From Candidatus Buchananbacteria bacterium (GTDB lineage Bacteria; Patescibacteriota; Patescibacteriia; Buchananbacterales; UBA6539), in the NCBI GenBank assembly GCA_016930315.1, contig JAFGGX010000024.1, positions 1-55,184 of the forward strand: a stretch of DNA of 55,184 nt, read 5' to 3'. Under the pieces are notes generated by a model, which saw only the letters and a list, made by a program, of their open reading frames with translations, did no database searches and was not told the origin of the DNA. Made by a program: the position numbers and the translations under genes. Within the stretch, counting starts at the first letter, position 1; every line of letters begins with the position of its first letter. Of the stretch, positions 11,482 to 19,376 are shown one piece after another.

Positions 11482-11802
11482 TCAGAACAAGTCTGCCCCA
11501 TCATTGTCAGCACCAACGCCGACTAACTCCCCCTCTCCGTCATCGAGACAAGGATCAACCCACGGCCGAGCTTGGCCCTCTGGTCCGCCCAATGGATCAA
11601 GGTCGTCCGTTTCGTCGTCACCACCTCCATTGTCGTCATCCGGCCAATCATCATCGAATGAATCTAAACGACCTTCCGGCGTATCCGTATCTCTGCCGTT
11701 GGCTCGAATGAGTGCTAAGATGGTGAAAACTCCCGCAAACGCTACAACCATTACGCCTACTACCATCATTGCCACACACAGAACGACAATCAACGATTTC
11801 AT
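11482..11802 (-). CDS. Orphan single-TM protein with a very acidic tail, antisense within the dTTP cluster
   Basis: GGAAAGGAGG SD before TTG 11808/ATG 11802; hydrophobic N-terminus; Asp-rich C-terminus. Confidence 0.65.
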   Translation of the reverse strand: MKSLIVVLCVAMMVVGVMVVAFAGVFTILALIRANGRDTDTPEGRLDSFDDDWPDDDNGGGDDETDDLDPLGGPEGQARPWVDPCLDDGEGELVGVGADNDGADLF

Positions 11803-11881
11803 CTTCAAAGGCCCTCCTTTCCGGCCGAGTACAAAAAGATTATAATAATTGAATAAAATTTGCAAGTTTAATCAACAAATT

Positions 11882-12541
11882 ATGCCTGATTTTAAAAAAC
11901 CTAAATTAATTGTGATTGATGGCATTGATGGCTCCGGCAAAGCCACTCAGACCAAGCTTTTAATTGAAAAATTACGCTTAGAGCAAATCCCGACCGAAAC
12001 GATTGATTTCCCCCAATACCAAAACAATTTTTTTGGCGGGATGGTTAGGCAATACCTGGATGGTAAATTTGGCACCCCAACTCAAATCAATCCAAAATTA
12101 GCCTCAACTCTTTATGCGGCTGATCGCTGGGAATCATCACAAAAAATTAAAGACTGGATTAACGAAAATAAACTTGTAGTAGTTGACCGCTACTCCACCA
12201 GCAATCTGATTCATCAAGGCGCTAAAATGACCGAAGACCAACTTGATGAATTCATCGGTTGGATCGACCAATTAGAATTTAAAACTTTTCAAATCCCTCA
12301 GCCCGATTTGGTTATCTTCCTGCATGTTGATCCCAAAACTTCTTATAATTTAATTACTAAACGCGGCCAGGGCCACGACGGTCACGACACCATGGAACAT
12401 TTAACTGTCGCTGAAAAAAGATGCCTATATATGGCCAAAAAGCTCGGCTGGCAAACCGTTGAATGCTGCCAAGATGGCCAGATTCTGCCCATTGAAAAAA
12501 TCCAGGAAAAAATCTGGGCAATAGTTAAAGACAACATCTAA
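11882..12541 (+). CDS. tmk: Thymidylate kinase
   Basis: DGIDGSGKATQ, LYAADR, VDRY, PDLVIFL; ATG 11882 preferred over the upstream TTG. Confidence 0.92.
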   Translation: MPDFKKPKLIVIDGIDGSGKATQTKLLIEKLRLEQIPTETIDFPQYQNNFFGGMVRQYLDGKFGTPTQINPKLASTLYAADRWESSQKIKDWINENKLVVVDRYSTSNLIHQGAKMTEDQLDEFIGWIDQLEFKTFQIPQPDLVIFLHVDPKTSYNLITKRGQGHDGHDTMEHLTVAEKRCLYMAKKLGWQTVECCQDGQILPIEKIQEKIWAIVKDNI

Positions 12542-12574
12542 CAAAAAGATAAAATAACTTCAAAAATTAACCGC

Positions 12575-12726
12575 GGGGGGCTTGGGGGCGAGTGTTGAGC
12601 CTAACTAAAGCCCCGAGAGTCGAAGCGATAGGGGCTTTAGTGGGTAAAAGACACAAACGATAAATGAGCGCTCGCGAATCACGAGCCCCCAAATTTCTTT
12701 GTCCACTTTCTGAATCCAGAAAGTGG
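12575..12726 (+). repeat. ~150-nt structured dispersed repeat, copy 2
   Basis: Aligns with 3742-3891; perfect inner stem ACTAAAGCCCC/GGGGCTTTAGT. Confidence 0.85.
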
Positions 12727-12777
12727 AATTCCTTTTTTCCTTGATTTTTTAGGCCTTTTTCGCTAATATACTTATAT

Positions 12778-14310
12778 ATGAATTTAACTCCAATTATCGG
12801 CTTAGAAATCCACGTCCAACTGAAAACGAAGTCAAAAATGTTTTGTGGCTGTGATAATTCCGGTGAAAACCAACCACCAAATATCACCGTTTGCCCGGTT
12901 TGCATGGGTCACCCAGGCGTTTTACCGGTAGCCAACCGCGAGGCAATCAAATGGACAGTGATGGCTGGCTTGGCTTTAAAGTGCCAAATCCCCGACTCTT
13001 TTCAATTTGAACGTAAAAACTATTTTTATCCAGACCTACCAAAGGGCTATCAAATTACTTCTTCAACCAAGCCACCGTGTATTGGCGGCTATTTAGAAAT
13101 CGACACGCCGGAAGGCAAAAGAAAACTGAGGCTCCATCACATTCACTTAGAAGAAGATGCCGCTAAAAACTTTCATTCAACCGATGGTAAAGACACTTTA
13201 GTTGACTATAATCGTTCCAGCACACCGCTAATGGAAATTGTCACCGAGCCAGATATGCGCAACCCCCAAGAAGCTAAGACCTTTTTGCAAGAGCTGCGTT
13301 TAATTATGCGTCACTTGGGCATTTCTAGTGCTGACATGGAAAAAGGTCACCTGCGCTGTGATGCCAATATTTCTTTGACCGATCAGATTAACGAAACAAA
13401 TGGCGAAATTAAATTTTACCCAAAAACCGAAATCAAAAACCTCAACTCATTCAAAGCCGTTGAGAAAGCTTTGGAATATGAAATCAAACGCCAAACTAAA
13501 ATGTGGCAAGACGGCAAAACCCCTCATCAAGCCACCCGCGGCTGGGATGAAAACAAAGGCGTCACCGAAGAACAACGCACCAAAGAAGAAGCCCACGACT
13601 ACCGCTATTTCCCCGAACCAGACATTCCACCAATTAATCTAAACAAAGATAAATCCGGCATTGATGTTGAAGCAATCAAACAAACAATGATTGAACTGCC
13701 CCAAGCCAAACGCCAACGCTTTGTCACCGAATACGATCTACCATTAGCCAACGCCAAAATTCTAACCGACGACAAGGGACTGGCCGTATTTTTTGAACAA
13801 GCTTTATCAGAATTGAGAGCCTGGCTAATTGCCCTTGACGATGTCGAAGGCACTCAAGAAGAAATCTGGCAAAAAAATAAAGGCACATTAGCCAAACTAA
13901 CCAGCAATTGGCTGATCAACAAATTAATGGCTATTGCGATTAAAGAAAACAAAGAGGTTTATTCTGGTGAAAATATTACCCCGGAAGATTTTGCTGAATT
14001 TATTACTCTAGTGCATACCCGTAAAGTTAATTCCACCATTGCTCAACAAATTTTAGAAAAAATGTTTTTAACCGGCAAAGACCCACACGAAATTTTGGAA
14101 CAAGATTTAGGTGGCAACCAGCAATCCAACGACAACCTCACTGAAATTATCCAACAGGTAATCAGCCAAAATCAAGATCAGGTGAATCAATATAAAGCCG
14201 GCAAAGAAACCGTTATCCAATTTTTAATTGGCCAAGTAATGAAATTAACCAAGGGCCAAGCCGACCCTCAAGAAGCCAAGGATTTATTAATTAATGAATT
14301 AAAAAAATAA
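12778..14310 (+). CDS. gatB: Asp/Glu-tRNA amidotransferase subunit B
   Basis: IGLEIHVQL, RKNYFYPDLPKGYQI, LEEDA, LRCDANIS, YRYFPEPD. Confidence 0.97.
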   Translation: MNLTPIIGLEIHVQLKTKSKMFCGCDNSGENQPPNITVCPVCMGHPGVLPVANREAIKWTVMAGLALKCQIPDSFQFERKNYFYPDLPKGYQITSSTKPPCIGGYLEIDTPEGKRKLRLHHIHLEEDAAKNFHSTDGKDTLVDYNRSSTPLMEIVTEPDMRNPQEAKTFLQELRLIMRHLGISSADMEKGHLRCDANISLTDQINETNGEIKFYPKTEIKNLNSFKAVEKALEYEIKRQTKMWQDGKTPHQATRGWDENKGVTEEQRTKEEAHDYRYFPEPDIPPINLNKDKSGIDVEAIKQTMIELPQAKRQRFVTEYDLPLANAKILTDDKGLAVFFEQALSELRAWLIALDDVEGTQEEIWQKNKGTLAKLTSNWLINKLMAIAIKENKEVYSGENITPEDFAEFITLVHTRKVNSTIAQQILEKMFLTGKDPHEILEQDLGGNQQSNDNLTEIIQQVISQNQDQVNQYKAGKETVIQFLIGQVMKLTKGQADPQEAKDLLINELKK

Positions 14311-14315
14311 TTAAT

Positions 14316-14582
14316 ATGAGAAGAGGACCAGAGATAAGAGACTCCGTTGGAGATTTTGGAACAGAATCTAAGATTAGACGAGATATGAGGCTAATAAAAA
14401 AAGAGTTGGAAGATAAATTCGATGGGGTTGAACATTATGTAGCTCATCTTAAAACAGATCGTGCGGAGTTAAATAGAGTCCAGCTAGCAGTTGAAAGATA
14501 TCTTGGAGATGAAGACCCAAATGATGAAATAGCAAAAGAAATTCAAAAATCAATATTAATGGTAGAGACTGGCGCAAACTAA
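14316..14582 (+). CDS. Small charged helical hypothetical protein
   Basis: 88-aa ORF packed directly after gatB. Confidence 0.6.
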   Translation: MRRGPEIRDSVGDFGTESKIRRDMRLIKKELEDKFDGVEHYVAHLKTDRAELNRVQLAVERYLGDEDPNDEIAKEIQKSILMVETGAN

Positions 14583-14624
14583 ATAAAAGCAAAAAACAAG
14601 CATAAAAACGTTAACCATAAATAT

Positions 14625-14903
14625 ATGCCCGAATACGACAAACCATTAATAGTACCTGAAGCCCTCAAGCCAATCGAGAGGATTAATCTAGACATCGCTG
14701 AACAGGCAACCCAAGCCTTAGACATCTTGAAGAAATCAGGCATCTCTTCTATAGTAGATATACAGGAAACAAAAAAAGACTGGTTCATTTCTCTAGCCGA
14801 AATGGTTCTTCAGCAATATACTGACATTGATCAACTCACAGGCCCAGATGACAAGCAGGCCTTGACATTGGCCAAAGATATCATTGATAATTTAAAAAAA
14901 TAA
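14625..14903 (+). CDS. Small acidic helical hypothetical protein
   Basis: 92-aa ORF in a tandem array; C-terminus resembles its neighbours. Confidence 0.65.
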   Translation: MPEYDKPLIVPEALKPIERINLDIAEQATQALDILKKSGISSIVDIQETKKDWFISLAEMVLQQYTDIDQLTGPDDKQALTLAKDIIDNLKK

Positions 14904-14907
14904 ATAT

Positions 14908-15258
14908 ATGCCAGAAACTTTAGCTCCATGGGATCAAGAACAATTTAAAAATTTAGAAAAAGAAAAAATAGAAGATTCATTAACGCCAAAAGAAGGGGCG
15001 GCCAAACGAAGGGTTGGCGAAAACCTCCTAACCAGAGAAATAAATTCAAAAAAAAATATAGATCAAATTATTGATCAAATTCATTCGGAAAAATTCAGTG
15101 GCAACACAAAAAAATATCTAGAATCTCTAAACCCAGACGAAAGGCAGACAGTTGTCGCCCAAGCTCACAATTATATTGAACTATTTGGCAGTGAGAATTA
15201 CCAAGACAAAAGGGCTATTTTCGCTGTTGATATAATTAGTTCGGCGAAAAAAATCTAA
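14908..15258 (+). CDS. Small helical hypothetical protein, probable paralog of 15276-15632
   Basis: 116-aa ORF; shares E.Q.V...A..Y..LF..E...FA...I..A with the next ORF. Confidence 0.7.
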   Translation: MPETLAPWDQEQFKNLEKEKIEDSLTPKEGAAKRRVGENLLTREINSKKNIDQIIDQIHSEKFSGNTKKYLESLNPDERQTVVAQAHNYIELFGSENYQDKRAIFAVDIISSAKKI

Positions 15259-15275
15259 AAAATAATTATAATTTT

Positions 15276-15632
15276 ATGCCAAGCCCAGAAACTTCAAATC
15301 AACCAATCTTAGATCCCGATAATGTAGAAAGTGCAATTGACAAAATTTTTGATAATGAAAGTGAGCCAGAAGAAACCGACGCTATAACCCAAGAAATTTT
15401 GAAAGATAGAAGAAATGAAGAAGTAGCAAAAGCAAAAGAAAAAGATAAAATCAGAGAACGCCTAAATGAAATTTATATTAAATATACGGCCAAACCGTTA
15501 GATATACCGACAGAAGAAGTTCAATCTGTCGCCAAAGACGCAATGGAATACATGAAGTTGTTTAAACCAGAAGAAAATCCTGGCCTATACCAATTTGCCA
15601 CTGAGACCATCCGGGCTGCTAATTTAGAATAA
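15276..15632 (+). CDS. Small acidic helical hypothetical protein
   Basis: 118-aa ORF; 3' end overlaps the convergent miaA. Confidence 0.7.
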   Translation: MPSPETSNQPILDPDNVESAIDKIFDNESEPEETDAITQEILKDRRNEEVAKAKEKDKIRERLNEIYIKYTAKPLDIPTEEVQSVAKDAMEYMKLFKPEENPGLYQFATETIRAANLE

Positions 15633-16530
15633 AATTTTTAATCTGGTGATCTATATCGGTTAATTTCTGATCAACCCAAATAATATTTTTATCACGCCTA
15701 AACCAAGTCATTTGCCGTTTTGTATATTGGCGGATGGCTTGTTTTAATTGCTTAACCATTTCTTGATAATCGAGCTGAGCCTGCAGATACCGACTAACAT
15801 AACGATATTCTAAGCCAAAATCATCCAAACGTTGCCAGCTCACCCCGTTTTCATGCAGATTTTTTATTTCATCAATCATCCCCTCTTTTTTCAACCGTTC
15901 AATCAGACGCGTATCGATTTTTTGATACAACGTTTTTTTGGGTAAATTAATCCCAATCTGCAAAAAATCATATGGCGGTTTTTGCTTACTAATCTGAGCC
16001 GACTTGGTAACGCCAGTTTGATAAAAAATTTCTAATGCTCGTTGAACCCTCCGTCGGTTCTTTTGATCAATAATTGCAAAAGTTTCCGGGTCAATTTTTT
16101 CTAATTCAACCAAAAGTTTATCCAGACTCATCTCGTCCAATTTTTTTCTAATGTTTTGTGTTACATGTTTTGTGTTACATGTTTCGGGCAAAACATAGCC
16201 TTCAACAACCGCGGAAATATAAAGCCCGGTTCCGCCGCAAACAATCGGCAATTTTCCCCGTTTCAAAGCATCTTCGATTGCTTGATAAGCTAACTTTTGA
16301 TAGTCAGCTAAAGAAAATTGATCATTTGGATCAACAACGTCAATCAGATGATATCTAATGCCGCCATATTCATCTAAATCCTTGCCGGTGCCAATATCCA
16401 TTCCACGATAAACTTGACGAGAATCCGCTGAGATAATCTCACCATTAAGTTTTTTGGCCAATTCAACTGCCAGTTTAGTTTTGCCAGAAGCGGTCGGGCC
16501 TAAAATTACTATTACTTTGTTCTTTATCAT
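15619..16530 (-). CDS. miaA: tRNA dimethylallyltransferase
   Basis: GPTASGKT, ISADSRQVYRGMDIGTGK, GGTGLY, KRQMTWFR. Confidence 0.97.
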   Translation of the reverse strand: MIKNKVIVILGPTASGKTKLAVELAKKLNGEIISADSRQVYRGMDIGTGKDLDEYGGIRYHLIDVVDPNDQFSLADYQKLAYQAIEDALKRGKLPIVCGGTGLYISAVVEGYVLPETCNTKHVTQNIRKKLDEMSLDKLLVELEKIDPETFAIIDQKNRRRVQRALEIFYQTGVTKSAQISKQKPPYDFLQIGINLPKKTLYQKIDTRLIERLKKEGMIDEIKNLHENGVSWQRLDDFGLEYRYVSRYLQAQLDYQEMVKQLKQAIRQYTKRQMTWFRRDKNIIWVDQKLTDIDHQIKNFILN

Positions 16531-16541
16531 AATAAAACTTT

Positions 16542-16626
16542 GTCATTCCCGCGAAAGCGGGAATCTAGTGCCTAGCCTAAGCACTGGATTCCGCATATTA
16601 CGACTGCGTCGTAATTGCGGAATGAC
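16542..16626. repeat. Inverted pair of dRS3/REP-like palindromes
   Basis: GTCATTCCCGCGAAAGCGGGAATCTAG ... CTGGATTCCGCA...TGCGGAATGAC. Confidence 0.85.
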
Positions 16627-16636
16627 GATACTTAAC

Positions 16637-16919
16637 TTAAGTAAAATCATCGGATAGATCACGCCAAAATGGATTTTCTTTTTCTACTAATTGCAGCTTC
16701 CATTTTCGCCGCCATTTTTTCAACTGTTTTTCTCTCTACTAGAGCCGCCCACACATCTTCGGTCGACTCGCAGTAAACTAGTCTTTTAACATTATATTTT
16801 TTAGTAAAGCCATCACTTATTCCTGATTTATGTTCATTAATTCTTCGGACAATATTATTGGTGATGCCAATATAGAGTGTTCCATTCCGCTGACTAGCTA
16901 AAATATAGACATAAAACAT
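16637..16919 (-). pseudogene. Small GIY-YIG nuclease with a one-base frameshift
   Basis: YVYILASQRNGTLYIGITNNIVRR..EHK; conserved tail REKQLKKWRRKWKLQLVEKENPFWRDL continues in another frame from about 16736 to TAA at 16637. Confidence 0.85.
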
Positions 16920-16987
16920 AACGTTTTTCAAAAATTATAGCGCTATGTTGTTGGTTGCATATTAGCCTATTTATGATAAAATATCAA

Positions 16988-17130
16988 ATAAAAGTGAAGC
17001 CCCCGAGACACGTTGGTCCGGGGGCGTTGATCTTTTTTGGCGGGGCCCACTTTTGGGTCTTTTTGGTTTTGTTGTTTTTTTGCGGACGGCGGGGCCCACT
17101 TTTGTCGCCGTCCTTTTTTCTTTTTACTGT
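16988..17130 (-). ncRNA. Candidate small RNA with two identical 17-nt motifs
   Basis: TTGACA (17158-17163) and TG-A-TATATA promoter; CAAAAGTGGGCCCCGCC twice; GCCCCCG/CGGGGGC terminator with T-rich tail; no ATG. Confidence 0.5.
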
Positions 17131-17183
17131 ATTTTATATATCATATTCGAAAATATTTGTCAAGTCCTATGGCATTATTATAC

Positions 17184-17213
17184 AAAAAAAATCAGCCAAA
17201 GGCTGATTTTTTT
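17184..17213 (-). terminator. thrS terminator
   Basis: AAAAAAATCAGCC-AAA-GGCTGATTTTTTT. Confidence 0.8.
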
Positions 17214-17239
17214 ATCTATTTTTAGCTAAATTTGATCTA

Positions 17240-19048
17240 CTAATTTCTAGCCATAATTTCCCGCTTCAATCTTTCGATAAACTTTTCTTTGCTAAACTGT
17301 TCAACTTCTTTCTGGCCTCTGATTCTGACCTGCAAATCATTACTGGCCATTTCTTTTTCACCAATCACCAACATGTAAGGCACTCTCATTGATTCTGCTT
17401 CACGAATTTTCTTACCAACCGTTTCATTACTGTCATCAACTGCCACCCTAATGCCATGGAGGGAAAATTCATTAGCCAATCCTTTAGCAAATTCGACACA
17501 CTCATCTTTAACCGTAACAATTTGCACCTGGACCGGAGCTAACCAGGTTGGGAATGCTCCGCCATAATGTTCTATCAAAAGACCAATAAATCGTTCAAAT
17601 GAACCGAATAACGCCCGATGCAACATATACGGTTGCTCATCCTGGCCTTCATTATTAGTAAATTTAATGTCAAACCGACTAGGTAAATTAAAATCAAACT
17701 GCAAAGTTGAACACTGCCATTCACGGCCAATTGCATCTTTGATTTTAAAATCCAATTTTGGTCCATAAAAAACTGCGCCGCCAATATCTTTTTGAAAAGA
17801 TAAACCTTTTTGCTTAGCCACTTTTTCTAAAACGCCCTCGGTAAATTTCCAACCCTCTTCTGAGCCAGCATATTTATTATTTTCTGGATCACGGACTGAT
17901 AAATAAACATTTATATCTTCGATTTTGAAACCGAAAGACTGGTAAATAAAAAGAATAAAATCAATCACTCGGCCCAATTCATCTTCAACCTGATCAGCCC
18001 GACAAATAATATGGGCATCGTCTTGAGTAAAGCCACGTACCCGGGTTAAACCAGAAAGTTCACCTTTTTTCTCAAACCGATAAACCGTGCCGCACTCAGC
18101 CCAACGCAAAGGAAATTCACGATAAGAATGTAATCGGTTTTTATAAATCCGGAGGTGAAAAGGACAGTTCATCGGTTTTAAAAGATAAGTTTCTGGATCT
18201 TTAACTTTTTCTTTGCCCTGGCTTTCTTTCAGGCTTTGGCTGGCTTCAATCGGTGGATACATACTCTCATTGTAAAACCCCCAATGACCAGAAGTTTCCC
18301 AAAGTGTCTTGTTACCAATATGCGGAGTCCGCACTAAATTATAACCAACTTTAAGGTGCTCATGGTACCAAAAATCTTCGATAATTCGCCATAAAAGGGC
18401 ACCTTTAGGATGCCACAATGGCAAACCCAGGCCAACTACTTCATCAATATGAAATAAATCAAGCTCTTGGCCCAACTTACGATGGTCACGTTTTTTTGCT
18501 TCTTCGAGCATCTTTAAATAGTCATCCAATTCGCTTTGCTTAGTAAAAGCCGTACCATAAATTCGTTGCAACATTTTATTTTTTTCATCGCCTCGCCAAT
18601 AGGCACCGGCTACTCGTAAAAGTTTAACCGCGCCAATTTCTTTCGTTGATTCAACGTGTGGACCAGCACATAAATCAACAAATTTTGCCTTGCCGTCTTT
18701 GTTAACCATTTTATAAAAACTCAACTCCTTTTCTCCTTGGGCTTTCAAATCTTGCGCCATCTCTGACTTATAAGGCTGCTTTTTCGATTTAATATATTTG
18801 ATTGATGCATCGGCATCACGCAAATAATGTTCAATTTTTTGATCCTGCTTAATAATTTCGTGCATTTTGGCTTCAATCTTACCCAAATCATCTTCGGAAA
18901 ATGTTTTACTGCCCAAATCAAAATCGTAGTAAAACCCATCTTCAATCGCCGGACCAATGGCCAGCTTAGCGTCTGGAAAAAATTCCAAAACCGCCTGAGC
19001 TAAAACGTGCGAAGCACTGTGTCTAATTTTTTCTAATTTATTATCCAT
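17240..19048 (-). CDS. thrS: Threonyl-tRNA synthetase (no TGS domain)
   Basis: RHSASHVLA, DLCAGPHV, RDHRKLG, KPMNCP, RVRGFTQDDAH, FYGPK. Confidence 0.97.
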   Translation of the reverse strand: MDNKLEKIRHSASHVLAQAVLEFFPDAKLAIGPAIEDGFYYDFDLGSKTFSEDDLGKIEAKMHEIIKQDQKIEHYLRDADASIKYIKSKKQPYKSEMAQDLKAQGEKELSFYKMVNKDGKAKFVDLCAGPHVESTKEIGAVKLLRVAGAYWRGDEKNKMLQRIYGTAFTKQSELDDYLKMLEEAKKRDHRKLGQELDLFHIDEVVGLGLPLWHPKGALLWRIIEDFWYHEHLKVGYNLVRTPHIGNKTLWETSGHWGFYNESMYPPIEASQSLKESQGKEKVKDPETYLLKPMNCPFHLRIYKNRLHSYREFPLRWAECGTVYRFEKKGELSGLTRVRGFTQDDAHIICRADQVEDELGRVIDFILFIYQSFGFKIEDINVYLSVRDPENNKYAGSEEGWKFTEGVLEKVAKQKGLSFQKDIGGAVFYGPKLDFKIKDAIGREWQCSTLQFDFNLPSRFDIKFTNNEGQDEQPYMLHRALFGSFERFIGLLIEHYGGAFPTWLAPVQVQIVTVKDECVEFAKGLANEFSLHGIRVAVDDSNETVGKKIREAESMRVPYMLVIGEKEMASNDLQVRIRGQKEVEQFSKEKFIERLKREIMARN

Positions 19049-19098
19049 ATATTTTTGGTTAATTTAGTTATTATTTTATATATTATTAATCTTTGTAC

Positions 19099-19127
19099 TT
19101 GACAAAAAATACATAATGTGCTAGCTT
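19099..19127 (+). promoter_or_regulatory. Sigma70 promoter driving an antisense structured RNA
   Basis: TTGACA-17-TAGCTT with TG extension. Confidence 0.65.
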
Positions 19128-19133
19128 AGAATT

Positions 19134-19376
19134 ATCCACTCCGAAAAATAAAAAAGGATGGAGTTGGCCCAAAGGCGGTCCCGGCTGATGGTGTCCAATG
19201 TTAATCTGGGTCTCCTCCTGACATCACCACCCATGTCAGGGCGCTAAAAAATAGTGCCTAGAGGTCGCTACAAGCTTGAAGCGTGAATCAAGCGATGAAC
19301 TTGGTGGCAACCCCGCCCTCGCGGAGCATTCTCGTGGACACCCGTCCGCCTGACTGCTTCCGAGGGCATTTTTTTA
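19134..19376 (+). ncRNA. Candidate ~240-nt structured ncRNA of unknown family
   Basis: GC-rich island; long-range pairs GGTGTCCA/TGGACACC and AGGCGG/CCGCCT enclose three hairpins; ends in GCCCTCG/CGAGGGC plus a T-run. Confidence 0.6.

Noticed and set aside
17039..17104. 17-nt repeat pair with a 32-nt gap as a mini-CRISPR
   Set aside because: Only two short copies, a low-complexity spacer and no cas genes.
16955..17225. Phe-rich + strand ORFs
   Set aside because: They arise from T-runs that are the complement of the A-rich minus-strand transcript; no SD or plausible protein features.
19134..19376. Assignment as RNase P, SRP RNA, tmRNA or tRNA
   Set aside because: Lacks GAGGAAAGUCC, the SRP GGAA-loop motif, tRNA-like ends and a T-loop; 6S could be neither confirmed nor excluded.
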